Positions 16,066-26,368 of a stretch of DNA of 64,000 bases are shown in pieces. The translations under genes and the position numbers were made by a program. Position 1 is the stretch's first letter. Each line of letters opens with the position of its first letter. The notes under the pieces were generated by a model, which was not told the DNA's origin, did not search any database, and saw only the letters and a list, made by a program, of their open reading frames with translations. This DNA comes from a virus: IMG/VR virus record IMGVR_UViG_3300048908_000307, positions 9,112 to 73,111 of that record; one strand, given 5' to 3'.

Positions 16066-18981
16066 TCAAACTCGGAATGACCAGAAGTAGACGCCCCCAG
16101 CCCCGTTCAGGGCGGGGCTGATGGTGACCGTGAAACCGGTCGTCGAGTTGGCGCTGAGGCAGTCGGAGTGGACGATGTCGTCCTCGACGGTGTGCACCAT
16201 GCGCGTAATCGACGCCCGCGTGGCGCCGTAGCCGACGCTTAGAGATGTTGCTCCGGAGAATCCGACGCGGCCCATCATCAGACCCTGCGTCGCCCCGAGA
16301 TCTGAAAAGTCTTCCCATCGGCCATAGTGGCGCGTTTGGCCACCACTCATGAAGTACATTTGGTTTGTGGCCGACGTGGAATTATCGAAGCCCACCCACG
16401 CGAAGTTGGCGTCACCATAGAACTTCCCACCGCTTGGGAAATTTGCGTTCACCTGGTTGATGTCCGCATAGACGCTGCCGCCGTCTACCCCGCCGCGGTT
16501 GAACCCGGCGAGAAGCGATGCTGTTTGCGCCCACACGAAGCCGCCTCGACGAGTCTGGTCATCTGCGCGGATGACGGCCAGCTGCGCCGCACCGGTGCCG
16601 AGATAGTTGCGGGAGATGACCTGTGTGCCGGTGCCGTCGTCGTAGGGCGACGAGTTCATGCCGAGATTGACGTCCGTGCCTGACGAAACCGCGTTGATGT
16701 AGCCGTAGTCAGTGCCGGTGTTGGCGTACCAGCGGATCTCGGGCAAGTAGGTGCTGGTCGGGTTGATCTCGATGCGCTTGCCGGAGGTGCCGGACTTGAG
16801 CTGGCCGATGATGGACACGGAACCGTCGGCAGCGGCGATGGAGACGGTCTGATCCCCGGCAGCGTTCCACGCCCCGATGCCGCCGCTGTTGAGCTCGACG
16901 CGGGACCCGGTGTCGGAGGTCTTGATGCGGGCGGCGACGACCCAGTCGGCGTTGATCTGCCCTGCGGTGACCTTGGAGACGGTCAGGTCGGAGATGTGAG
17001 CGTCGTCGATGAGCAGGGCCGTCGAGCTTGCCGCGTCTGACGGCCCGCTCTTGTTGCCGGTCATATCGACGGCCACGACCCGCACGTAGCGGGTACTGAC
17101 CTCCTCGACCTGCACGGTGGCGACGACGGGAATCTGCGCCTGAATCATGCCCGCCGTCGCGGAGACTTTCGCCTTGAGGGTCGTAGCGGACGGTGTGAAC
17201 GTGGGCTCGTAGTCGACGTGGATCTCCAGATGATGGAGGTCCGATTCCAAGTTGTACGTGCCGCCACTCGACTTGCCCAAGGTGTGGGTGACCTGCACGG
17301 CGATCCGTGACGCGGCCACCGACGGGGCAGCCGGGGTGCTGGGCGGAATGTTGTCGGCGCTGGCCACGAACGTCGTCGTGCCCGACCAGGCCCCCGTGTT
17401 GCCCGTCTTGTCGACAGCCCGGATCTGTACGTCGTAGCCGATGCCCGGGGACAGGTCCGTGAGCTGCGCCGTGGTATCGCCCCACGCCGCGTACACCGTC
17501 AACCACTTGCCGGTGGGGGCGGCGAACGGTTGCCGCCACAGCTGCATGTCCTGCCACCGGATCTGCGACACCTGCGACCACGTCGCCGGATAGATCATGT
17601 CCGTGTCGACGGCATACCGGATCTCGTAGTGATCCCCGTCCAAGACGGTGCTGCCGTCGACGTTCAAGGGCGCGTTCCACTGGACGATCGTCCGCGCCCG
17701 GGTGAAACCCCGCCCGTCTAGGTAGGCGGCACCCGAGAACGGGGTCACGAACACCGGCGTGCCGGGGATGCTCGTGTCGGCGTTCGGCCTGCTCCCGACG
17801 GGCTCCGTCGACGAGTTCGCGAGCTGGCGGGAGAAATCGCCGACCGTCACCGTGTTGGTGCCGTCGGTCTCCCACTCCATGTACTGGGTGAGGTCGATCC
17901 AGGTCCCGGTAGCACTGCGGTAGGCGACCGTGTATCCGGTGGTGATCGCCCAGCTGGTTTCGGTGACCTGGAGTTTCAGCGGGTTGAGGCGCAGCCCACG
18001 GAACGTGATCTCGGTGCTGGTGTCGACGAGCCCGGAGTCTGGGTCGTACACCCACACCCGGTCGCCGACCTGGAAAGACCCGTGGACGTCGTAGTCGGCT
18101 GTCGACAGCGTCAGCGCGTTGCGGGTGGAGACGAACTGCGACAACGCCAACTGCGCCCGCGTCGCCGCGTTCCCGGTCGCCGTGTCCGACTCGGAGACAA
18201 GGCGTGTGAGCTTCAGGGCGTTGCCGTGGATGTCCCGGTACGGCGTCGCCGGGGAAATATCCGCCGCCCCCGTAGCAATGCTGGTGCCCTGCCCCTCCGC
18301 GAGGAGGACCACGCGGGTGCTGTAGTCCTCCATGTCGCGGGTGACGTCCATCGAGCCGGGGAGCGCCCGCAGCGCCATGTCTTCGCCGGCGCCGTTCGCG
18401 AGGATCACGCACGTCGGGTTGGTGACGAACAGCTGGCTGTCGGGGCCCGCATCCAGGGTGCCGTTGCCGTTGACGCGCCAGGACACGGGCACCGAGGTGG
18501 TGGACATGGTGTCGCACACGTAGCCGATGGCGGACCGCGGGGATTCGTACTGGTGGTGGCCGGTGTACTGGCCTGCCACGGAGTAGATGGTGCCCGCGGT
18601 GACGGCGCCCGCCCCGGACGCGGGGAGCAGCATGTTGATGGTGGTGGCGAATGAGGCGGACGCGGGCGTGACCGCGTTTTCGTAGACGGCGCCTTTGCCG
18701 TCTTCGTCGCCGAGCCACATGGCCATGCCGACGCCGCCGATGGCGAGGTCGTCCTGAGGGGCGCTGGTGCGGCCGTCGTCGCCAATCGTCTTAGTGCGCA
18801 GCACGCCGACGTAGCGGGCGGTCGTGAGCAGGTTGTCGCCGTACTGCAGCGGGTCCAGCCGCCCGGGGACGATCGCGACATGGCCGAAGTAGTCGAGCGC
18901 GTCGAGGACGTCGCGGGGTGTCCCGGGCTGGAGTTTGATCCCCCACGAGCCGAGTGCTTTGAGAACTTCCTGAACAGCCAT
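16066..18981 (-). CDS. Large minor tail protein (Tal/hub-like) with fibronectin-III-like domains
   Basis: 971 aa; LSPGIGYDVQIRAVDKTGNTGAWS and YVRVVAVDMTGNKSGPS FN3 patterns. Confidence 0.85.
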   Translation of the reverse strand: MAVQEVLKALGSWGIKLQPGTPRDVLDALDYFGHVAIVPGRLDPLQYGDNLLTTARYVGVLRTKTIGDDGRTSAPQDDLAIGGVGMAMWLGDEDGKGAVYENAVTPASASFATTINMLLPASGAGAVTAGTIYSVAGQYTGHHQYESPRSAIGYVCDTMSTTSVPVSWRVNGNGTLDAGPDSQLFVTNPTCVILANGAGEDMALRALPGSMDVTRDMEDYSTRVVLLAEGQGTSIATGAADISPATPYRDIHGNALKLTRLVSESDTATGNAATRAQLALSQFVSTRNALTLSTADYDVHGSFQVGDRVWVYDPDSGLVDTSTEITFRGLRLNPLKLQVTETSWAITTGYTVAYRSATGTWIDLTQYMEWETDGTNTVTVGDFSRQLANSSTEPVGSRPNADTSIPGTPVFVTPFSGAAYLDGRGFTRARTIVQWNAPLNVDGSTVLDGDHYEIRYAVDTDMIYPATWSQVSQIRWQDMQLWRQPFAAPTGKWLTVYAAWGDTTAQLTDLSPGIGYDVQIRAVDKTGNTGAWSGTTTFVASADNIPPSTPAAPSVAASRIAVQVTHTLGKSSGGTYNLESDLHHLEIHVDYEPTFTPSATTLKAKVSATAGMIQAQIPVVATVQVEEVSTRYVRVVAVDMTGNKSGPSDAASSTALLIDDAHISDLTVSKVTAGQINADWVVAARIKTSDTGSRVELNSGGIGAWNAAGDQTVSIAAADGSVSIIGQLKSGTSGKRIEINPTSTYLPEIRWYANTGTDYGYINAVSSGTDVNLGMNSSPYDDGTGTQVISRNYLGTGAAQLAVIRADDQTRRGGFVWAQTASLLAGFNRGGVDGGSVYADINQVNANFPSGGKFYGDANFAWVGFDNSTSATNQMYFMSGGQTRHYGRWEDFSDLGATQGLMMGRVGFSGATSLSVGYGATRASITRMVHTVEDDIVHSDCLSANSTTGFTVTISPALNGAGGVYFWSFRV

Positions 18982-18986
18982 CCGTG

Positions 18987-20651
18987 CTACCTCCGGACTC
19001 CGTAGACGGCTTCCGGCATGCAGGCGATGTACTGGTTCCGCAGGTCTGTGGCGGCGTCCCCTGAGGCGACTGGCAGGCGCAGGCGGACTTCGTCGACGAC
19101 GATCACGTCCGTGACGGGCGGGAAGTTCGCGACAGTCGGCGCGATCGTTGCGGTGGCGGCGTTGGCAGGCGCGGTGACGGTGCCGTCATAGAAGGTGTAC
19201 GTGTTGGCCGCGAGTGCGTTGGTGAGGGTGCTTGTCGACAGGTAGGCGGCGGCGGCATTGAACCAGTTGATGTTCAAGTCGACGCTGCGGGCGGTGGCGC
19301 AGCGAATCCACGCGGACGCCCGGTAGATGGTGCCCGCAGTGACGGGGACCGGGTTGGATTCGATGCTGGGGAACTGGGCGACGCCATTGGGCGTGAACTG
19401 GGCTGCTCCCGTGCCGACCTTGACGGGGGTGGTGACGCGGACGCCGGTGCCGCCATTGGAATTCCAGCCGGTGATGTTGGTGTCGAAGTCCGGGTTGGCG
19501 TTGAGGGTGCCGCCGCCTCCCGCCGCAGCAGACACGCCGAGCCAGAAGTCGAGTGTCGTCGTGGTGTTCTTCTGTACACCGCCGTTGGCGTGGGCAATGA
19601 AGGTCCGAGCGGAACCGCAGGCGAAACGGTTGCCATCACTGTCGTCGTTGGTGGCGGTCAGGTAGCCCTGCGCGGACGTGTCGACGAACGCCTCCGCCGT
19701 ATTGAGGCGGATCTTCAGCTGGTCAGCGGCCGTGCCGACCTGCATGTAGCCCTCGACGATGCGGGAACCGCGCCGGAGAGTGAGGTCGATCGTAAACCGG
19801 CCCGGATTGAGGGCTTTGACCAGGCGGAGGATCGCCATTTCGGGGTCGTTCCGCAGCAGGGTGGCTGCGTCCCAGGCGCCGCCGACGAGTCCGCTGGACG
19901 AGTAGAAGGGGCTCCATAGCTTCGACCGGTAGGCGCCGCCCGTGTAAGCCTGCACGTCAAAGCTGCCGCCACCGGTCGCCGACCAGGTGACGTTGATCAG
20001 GCCGTTGGTAATGGACCAGCCGGTCGCGGCAAGGGGCACGTCGACGCCGTACACCTCCTGCCCGCCGGTGGTCGTCGCGCGGACTCGGCCGGCGAGGTAG
20101 GCGGTGGGGAGGCAGCCCCAGCGGGGCGAGACGTTGGCGGGGACGGTCCGGTAGACGGTGATGGTGCCGTCGGCGCCGGTGCGGGTCATCGTGGTCGGGT
20201 TGGTGGCGCCGGTGTAGTAGCCGTAGTGGCCGATCGGCGGGGCGTGCCAGCGCTCCCCGGTGAGGGCGAAGTCGTTCAGTCGGACGGCGCCGGTGAGCCT
20301 GCTCTGCAGATCGGTTTCGGCGTCGGAACCGACCCGGTCCAGGGAGACCTTCCAGGAGCTGGTGACGGCCTCGTTGAGGTACTCGGTGTAGGTCGCCCCA
20401 GAGCTCTTCACCGCGTAGTAGCCGTTCCGCTCGGGCTTGTCGGTGAAGGTGACCGGGATGACGGCGCCGGGGATCAGGGAGTTGATGCCGTCGTGCCGGG
20501 CGATGACCTGCGCCCGGGTGAGCGGCGGATACGACTCCTGGCCTTCGAGGTCGAGGCCACGGCCGTCACCTCCGCCGGACTCGGTAGCGACGAACGTCTC
20601 GCGGAGGGGAATGCGGCCGAGCTGGAGGTCGCCCCAGTTGAACAGGCTCAT
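18987..20651 (-). CDS. Distal tail (Dit-like) protein with C-terminal carbohydrate-binding-module-like domain
   Basis: Position after the TMP; NANPDFDTNITGW...YRASAWIR...WFNA...VDEVRL CBM4/9-like pattern. Confidence 0.7.
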   Translation of the reverse strand: MSLFNWGDLQLGRIPLRETFVATESGGGDGRGLDLEGQESYPPLTRAQVIARHDGINSLIPGAVIPVTFTDKPERNGYYAVKSSGATYTEYLNEAVTSSWKVSLDRVGSDAETDLQSRLTGAVRLNDFALTGERWHAPPIGHYGYYTGATNPTTMTRTGADGTITVYRTVPANVSPRWGCLPTAYLAGRVRATTTGGQEVYGVDVPLAATGWSITNGLINVTWSATGGGSFDVQAYTGGAYRSKLWSPFYSSSGLVGGAWDAATLLRNDPEMAILRLVKALNPGRFTIDLTLRRGSRIVEGYMQVGTAADQLKIRLNTAEAFVDTSAQGYLTATNDDSDGNRFACGSARTFIAHANGGVQKNTTTTLDFWLGVSAAAGGGGTLNANPDFDTNITGWNSNGGTGVRVTTPVKVGTGAAQFTPNGVAQFPSIESNPVPVTAGTIYRASAWIRCATARSVDLNINWFNAAAAYLSTSTLTNALAANTYTFYDGTVTAPANAATATIAPTVANFPPVTDVIVVDEVRLRLPVASGDAATDLRNQYIACMPEAVYGVRR

Positions 20652-23600
20652 CGGGCGCGCTCCTTGTTCCACTTGCGGATGGCTTCATTGATGTCGCTGG
20701 CCATCGCGGTGGCGAACTGCTTGCGCTCCGACGGGCTCGGCATCGTGAGGCTGTTCACGGTCATGTTGACGATGACGTCTCCAACTCCTGGGCCGCCGCT
20801 CGCCAGGAGCGCGTCGAGCCTGGCCGTGTGGTCCGCGGACAGGACCCGCTCGGGGCGGCCGGTGGCGTTGACGGACATCGTCGCCCCGGGCTGGAGCAGG
20901 CCGCCGCTGTCGAACTTGGCGGCGGGGGCGAAGCCGTACCGGTCGGTGAACAGACCATCGTTGTAGCCGCGCGCGGACTTGCCCATGTGGACGCCGGCGC
21001 CGCCGCTGGACTCGACGTTCATGCCGCCGAGGGTGCCCGCCGTGTGGCCCACGCCCGCATTCGTGATGCCGATCATGAACGGGGAGTTCAGGTTCCGCAC
21101 CCAGCCGGCGGGAGCCGTGTTGCCGGAGAACGATCCGGTCGCCCACCGGCGGTGCGGACGCTCCCCGCGGATCACGGACTCGATGGCGGACATCAGACCG
21201 GAGCAGTTGTGGCTGATGAGTCCGTCCGAGACGAACGAGTGCGAGTCCTGGACCTCGATGTCCCAGGTCTCCTCCATGCCGTCTGGTTCCACGGAGAGCA
21301 CTCGCTGCACCGACATGCTCTCGGTCCTCAGCTGCGCCATGAGGCGGAGCAGGCCGGGGCGGTGGCCAGCGCCAGTTGTCTGGTTGGCGCCCCGTCCCGG
21401 TGCAACCTCAATGCTGTGGATCGGACGGGCGTTCTCGATCTTCTTCCCGCCGATATAGACGTCCTTGGTGCGCGCCCGGGTGTTGGTCACCGAGACACGG
21501 TCGCCGCGGCGCAGATGCATCTCCCGGACGCCCTCGATGAGTTCGCGGGACGTGGCCTTGTACTCAATGAGTTCTGCCGTCTCGAAGGTGGCGCCGTTCT
21601 TGCCGTTCTTGTACGAGCCGTCACCGTCGGCGTACCCCCGGAGGAAGGCATCTTGTGCGCCCTGGCTCCATTCCATGACGACGGGCGGGATCGTGCGCTC
21701 GTGGGACTTGCCATGGAACCCGTTGCGGATCATCCATCGAACCCGCTGGACGTCGCTGATCATCACGCCATGGCGCGGGTGGTGGGTGACCCTCCGGTTC
21801 GGCGAGTACTTGCGGAGCACGGCCATCGCCTTCTCGGCGAGATCGTCGTACACGCAGATCCGGATGCCGCTGTTCTGATTGACGCTGCCGTCGGCCAGCC
21901 AGAGCCCCATCAGCCAGGCCAGGTCCTCCGGTACTTCCTCACCGCCTTCCTTCGGTGAACCGGTGTAGGTGACCAAGTAGTCGGTCGGGGTGAGGTCGCG
22001 GACTTCCTTCCACTCCGTGCCCCACTCGGCCCCGGCGACGCGCTCGTCCACGTCCATCATCGGCCGCTTGACGGGGGCAGCAACGAGCACGCGGTGCCCA
22101 GCAGTTGCCCGGATGGAACGGTTACGGGTGCGGACCTTGAACAGCTCCTGCTCCCCAGTGTTCCACTTGGCCAGCACCTTGGACGCGACGAGCTTGCCGT
22201 CTTGGTAGGCCATCACTTCCATGCCGGGGTGAAGGTCGCGAAGTTCGGTGTGGCCCTGCGGAGTTGTAATCATGGACGAAAGAGTAAGGCAGTCCCATGA
22301 TGGGTTTCCGTTTCCGGCCCACTGATAGGGCAAGCCGTCCTGGGTCTTCACCCACGACATCGCCCGCTGTACGGCCGGCCCGCCCACGGCTTTTTTGTCC
22401 TCGTTGCCGAACCAGCCGAGCATCCCGTCGACGCCTTTGTTGACGAGGTCGCGCATGAGGTTGCCGATGCCGCTGTTCGGGATCTGGCCGATGAGGGGGC
22501 GGACGAGGGCGCTGAGGGCCTTCTGTGCGGCAGCCTTCAGCCCGCCGAGGACGAGGTCTTTCGTCCAGGAGGCGGCGGAGCTGATCGCGCCGCCTATCGC
22601 GTCCGTGACGGTGCCGATGATCCCGCCGCCCGCGAAGCCCTGTGCGGGCTGGTGCATCTTGCGTTCTTGCTGGCTGGTCGGATTGCCGCCGGTTTTGGTG
22701 GGGCGGTCTTGGCCGAGCAAGGCGTCGATGCCGCGGTGGCCGCCAAGCTTGGCGACTTGGCTGTTGGAGAGGATGCGTTCGCCGGGGGTGAGCATGGCGG
22801 GGACGGTGTCCCGGTTGCCGCTGCCGGGGACGACGCCGCCCTTGTTGAAGCCGAGGCTGATCGACGGGAGGGTGATCTTCGAGCTGATCTTTCCCGCGAT
22901 GGAGTTCCACATGCGGCGGATGCCGTTGTTGTAGACGGTGTTCACTACGAACCGCACGGGGCTAGCGATCTTCGACTTCACGCCGTCCCAGATCGTGCCG
23001 AGCGCGTCCTTCAGCGTGGAGAATGCCGTCTTCATCGCCGACTTGAAGGTGTCGATCTTCGTGCGGATCGTGGAGAAGATCCCGCTGATCTTGTCGCTCG
23101 CCCCGTTCCATAGCGCGTTCCATGTGGTCGTGACCGCGGTCTTCACGCCGGCGACGCCGTTCTTCACCGCCGTCCAGGCGTTGGAGATCGCGGTGCGCAG
23201 ACCGGTCCAGAAGGAGTCCCACTTCGTGCGGACCTTGTCCCAGAGGGTGTTCCACGTCGTCACAACCCAGTTCTTCAGGTCGGTAAAGATCTTCTTCGTG
23301 CCGGTCCACAGCGACCCGAACCAGCTGATGATGGCGTTGACCAGGTCCGGGATGATCGAGTGGCCGACGAGCTTGTCGTAGAGCCACTGGAAGGCGTCGA
23401 CAATCCAGCCCACCACCTTCTTCACCCCGTCAGCGAGAGCGGTCAGCCAGCCGATCACCGTCGTGATAGCAGGTACCAGCAGGTTGACCGCCCCAGCCAG
23501 TACGGTCGCCAGCAGCGTCGCCAGCCCGGTGATCAGCGGCATCAGCGGAGTGATCACCTGCATGGCCAGCTGCAACAGAGACGCGATGAGCTGACTGATC

Positions 23601-26368
23601 GGCGGGAGCAGCGGCGTCAACGCCGTCAGCAGCTGCGGGAAAAGAGGCGCCATCGCACCCAGGAACTGGCCCACGAGCTGCACCGCCGGCAGCAGGGCCG
23701 TGATGACCGGGGTCAGCCCCTTCGCCAGGGCCGCGATGAACGGCACCAGGGAGTCGAGCAGGGTCTTGATGAACGGTGCGATGGCCTTGATGACGGTGGC
23801 GATCAGGTTGCCGATGGGCTGCAGTAGCGGCATGACCGCCTGCACCAGGCCGACGAGGACGCTGCCGACGTCCTTCACGACGGGCAGCAGGGCGGTGATG
23901 ATCGGCATCAGGGCTTTGCCGAGCGCGCCAGCCAGTTCTGCGAGGACCGGCCCGAACTTTTCGGCGAGGTCGGTCACCACGGGCGCCAGTGCAGCGAGCA
24001 GCGGAAGCGCTGCCTGGATGACCGCGCCGAGTGTTCCCGCGACCAGTTTGGCGATGGCGTTGATGGCCGTAAAGATCGAGGTCAGGGCCTTCTGCACTTC
24101 AGGCATTGCGGTGATCTTGCGGAGTTCCTTGAACACCGCGCCGATCCCGCCCAGCGCGTCACCGCCCGCAGCCCCGGCGGCTTTCATGATGTTGCCGAGG
24201 GTCCCGAAAATGTCCCCGGCCAGGTGCCCGAACTGCTTGGCGATGTCGACGGCCTGGTCGATGATCTTTTCCAGGTGGCCGGACTTGAACGCCTGAGTGA
24301 GCTGCTGGGAGAACCGGTCGAACACCCCTCCGGCCGCCGTCGTGATCCTCTTGAACGCCGGGGACGCGGCAATAGATACCTGCGCGAGGCCCTTGATGAA
24401 CTGACCCGGGATCCGACTGAGGGGCTTCAGCCCGCCGTTCAGGCCGTCGAACATCCGCCGCAGCATGCCGGTCTTACCAAGCTCGGTGACTGCGCTCGCG
24501 GCGTTCTTCGCCATACCGTTCAGAACCGTCGCCGTGCCCGTCAGCCCGGTCTTCAGGGACGGCAGGACGGCCGACGACATGGTCGTAAACGTCTGCCCTA
24601 GGCCAGCGAACAATGCGTTCTGTACATCGAGCTTGAGGCCGCGCCAGGCCTCGCGCTGAGCGAGGACCGCGTTGACGAACGCCCGCGCATTCGGGGCGAG
24701 CTTTGCCAGGGCGTTGCCGACCTTGTTCGTCGCCACGGCGCCGGCCGTCTGCGCTTCCGCCAGGGCGCGTGCCGCGTCTGCGGCGGCGGCCTGCGCGTCG
24801 GCGATCTGTCGGGCGCCGTCGACGGCAGCCTTCGCGGCAGCGGCGCGCGCATCGGACAGATCCCGCTGAGCCTTTGCGATCTTCTGGGCGCCGTCGACCT
24901 GCTGCCGTGCCGCCTCGATCTCGGCGTCTTTCAACGCCTGCGTCTTGTCCTTGACCGTCTGGTTGGCGTCGGCAATGTTCTGCTTGGCCTGGGTGACCTT
25001 GGCGCTGCCTTCGACACCGGCTTTGTTTGCGGCGTCGGCCTGGTCCTGCAACCGCTTCGTTTCGGTCTGCTGCTCGCTGAGGGCCTGGAGTGCCTGGTCG
25101 TAGGCGAGTTGGTCCTTGGCGAGCTGCTCGGCGGACACGTTCGCGCCTGCGGCCTTGTCGGCGGCGAGCCTCTTCTCGGCGTCCTGGAGGTTGAGGACGT
25201 CCTGCCGTTCGTTGAGGCGGGCGTCCTTCAGCCTGTTGTCGAGGTCCTCGAGTTCCATGGCCGCGTCTTTGCGGGCCTGGGTGAGGTCGAGCTGTGCCTG
25301 CCGGGATGCGCGCTGGGCGGTGGCGAGGTCCCGCTCCGCGTTGGCGACAGATTCGGCTGCCCGCCGGTTGGCGTCGGCGACGTCGGACACCGTGTTCTTG
25401 AGGTTGAGCTGGGCGTCCTGGATCTGCCGGGCAGCCTGCACGCGGGCCGCGGCGGCGGCAACCTCTGCGTCCTTCACGCCCTGCTGGGCCTTGGCCAAGC
25501 TGCGCTGGGCGTTCTCGACCTGCCGGATCGACTTGCTGGCCGCGCCCGCACTGGATGTGGCCGGCGCGAAGGCCGCCTTGAAGGCATCGCCAATGCCGCT
25601 CGTGCCGATCTTGATTGCGGCGAAGGCCGCGCCGAGCGACAGCACGGCGGGGGCCGCGACAGCAGCAGCGGGCCCCATCTGGATGATGGCCTGCCCCAGC
25701 GAAGCCACGGTGGGCAGCGCGCCGACGGCGATGCTGGACAGGCTGGTCAGGCTGGAGACGAGCCCGCCAAGCCCTCCCCCGCCGCCCCCGAGGCTGGACA
25801 GGGCCGACCGGTCGACGTCGACGCGCACGTTGGCGTGGCGGTCGCGGGTCAGGGCGTCGAGGCGGGCGCGTGCGGCGGCGTCATTGAGGTTGACGCCAAC
25901 GGTCATGTCCCGGCGGCGGGTGAGGTTGGCGAGGGAGTCGGCGGCGACGCGGGTGTCGACGTCGACACCGATACGGACCTGGCGCCGCTGGATCAGGTTG
26001 CGGATCTCCGCCGCGGCGACCCGGGTGTCCACGCTGGCCCGGATGTTGACGACGCGCTCGGCGGTGAGCCGGTCGAGCTGGGCTTGGACACGCCGGAGTG
26101 CCGTGTCGTTCATCTTCGGCGTGACGGTGACGTCAAGGTCTCGCAGGCGGAGGCGTGACAGTGCCGTCTCGTCGACCTTGATCCTCGCGGTGATGATGCG
26201 TTCGCGGGCGAGGCGGTCCAGTTTGGCGATGGCGGCCCGGTCATCCAGGTCGACGCCGACCTTGACCTTCTGGTCCTTGGACTTGAGGCGGGACATGGCG
26301 CGGTCGTAGGCGGACTCGTCGGCCGTAACCTCGACATAGCCCTCAGCGATCCTGAAGCTACCCGCCAC
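20648..26368 (-). CDS. Tape measure protein with intein-interrupted NlpC/P60 domain
   Basis: 1906 aa, Ala-rich coiled-coil and amphipathic repeats, follows the tail chaperone; PYQWAG..WD|CSG..GHTAG. Confidence 0.93.
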   Translation of the reverse strand: MAGSFRIAEGYVEVTADESAYDRAMSRLKSKDQKVKVGVDLDDRAAIAKLDRLARERIITARIKVDETALSRLRLRDLDVTVTPKMNDTALRRVQAQLDRLTAERVVNIRASVDTRVAAAEIRNLIQRRQVRIGVDVDTRVAADSLANLTRRRDMTVGVNLNDAAARARLDALTRDRHANVRVDVDRSALSSLGGGGGGLGGLVSSLTSLSSIAVGALPTVASLGQAIIQMGPAAAVAAPAVLSLGAAFAAIKIGTSGIGDAFKAAFAPATSSAGAASKSIRQVENAQRSLAKAQQGVKDAEVAAAAARVQAARQIQDAQLNLKNTVSDVADANRRAAESVANAERDLATAQRASRQAQLDLTQARKDAAMELEDLDNRLKDARLNERQDVLNLQDAEKRLAADKAAGANVSAEQLAKDQLAYDQALQALSEQQTETKRLQDQADAANKAGVEGSAKVTQAKQNIADANQTVKDKTQALKDAEIEAARQQVDGAQKIAKAQRDLSDARAAAAKAAVDGARQIADAQAAAADAARALAEAQTAGAVATNKVGNALAKLAPNARAFVNAVLAQREAWRGLKLDVQNALFAGLGQTFTTMSSAVLPSLKTGLTGTATVLNGMAKNAASAVTELGKTGMLRRMFDGLNGGLKPLSRIPGQFIKGLAQVSIAASPAFKRITTAAGGVFDRFSQQLTQAFKSGHLEKIIDQAVDIAKQFGHLAGDIFGTLGNIMKAAGAAGGDALGGIGAVFKELRKITAMPEVQKALTSIFTAINAIAKLVAGTLGAVIQAALPLLAALAPVVTDLAEKFGPVLAELAGALGKALMPIITALLPVVKDVGSVLVGLVQAVMPLLQPIGNLIATVIKAIAPFIKTLLDSLVPFIAALAKGLTPVITALLPAVQLVGQFLGAMAPLFPQLLTALTPLLPPISQLIASLLQLAMQVITPLMPLITGLATLLATVLAGAVNLLVPAITTVIGWLTALADGVKKVVGWIVDAFQWLYDKLVGHSIIPDLVNAIISWFGSLWTGTKKIFTDLKNWVVTTWNTLWDKVRTKWDSFWTGLRTAISNAWTAVKNGVAGVKTAVTTTWNALWNGASDKISGIFSTIRTKIDTFKSAMKTAFSTLKDALGTIWDGVKSKIASPVRFVVNTVYNNGIRRMWNSIAGKISSKITLPSISLGFNKGGVVPGSGNRDTVPAMLTPGERILSNSQVAKLGGHRGIDALLGQDRPTKTGGNPTSQQERKMHQPAQGFAGGGIIGTVTDAIGGAISSAASWTKDLVLGGLKAAAQKALSALVRPLIGQIPNSGIGNLMRDLVNKGVDGMLGWFGNEDKKAVGGPAVQRAMSWVKTQDGLPYQWAGNGNPSWDCLTLSSMITTPQGHTELRDLHPGMEVMAYQDGKLVASKVLAKWNTGEQELFKVRTRNRSIRATAGHRVLVAAPVKRPMMDVDERVAGAEWGTEWKEVRDLTPTDYLVTYTGSPKEGGEEVPEDLAWLMGLWLADGSVNQNSGIRICVYDDLAEKAMAVLRKYSPNRRVTHHPRHGVMISDVQRVRWMIRNGFHGKSHERTIPPVVMEWSQGAQDAFLRGYADGDGSYKNGKNGATFETAELIEYKATSRELIEGVREMHLRRGDRVSVTNTRARTKDVYIGGKKIENARPIHSIEVAPGRGANQTTGAGHRPGLLRLMAQLRTESMSVQRVLSVEPDGMEETWDIEVQDSHSFVSDGLISHNCSGLMSAIESVIRGERPHRRWATGSFSGNTAPAGWVRNLNSPFMIGITNAGVGHTAGTLGGMNVESSGGAGVHMGKSARGYNDGLFTDRYGFAPAAKFDSGGLLQPGATMSVNATGRPERVLSADHTARLDALLASGGPGVGDVIVNMTVNSLTMPSPSERKQFATAMASDINEAIRKWNKERAR
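21206..22291 (-). mobile_element. Intein (362 aa) with LAGLIDADG homing endonuclease
   Basis: Starts CLTLSS, block B RATAGH, LMGLWLADG and FLRGYADGDG, block F TWDIEV, ends ISHN followed by Cys. Confidence 0.95.

Noticed and set aside
14535-18981. Diversity-generating retroelement targeting tail genes
   Set aside because: No reverse transcriptase and no template/variable repeat pair seen.
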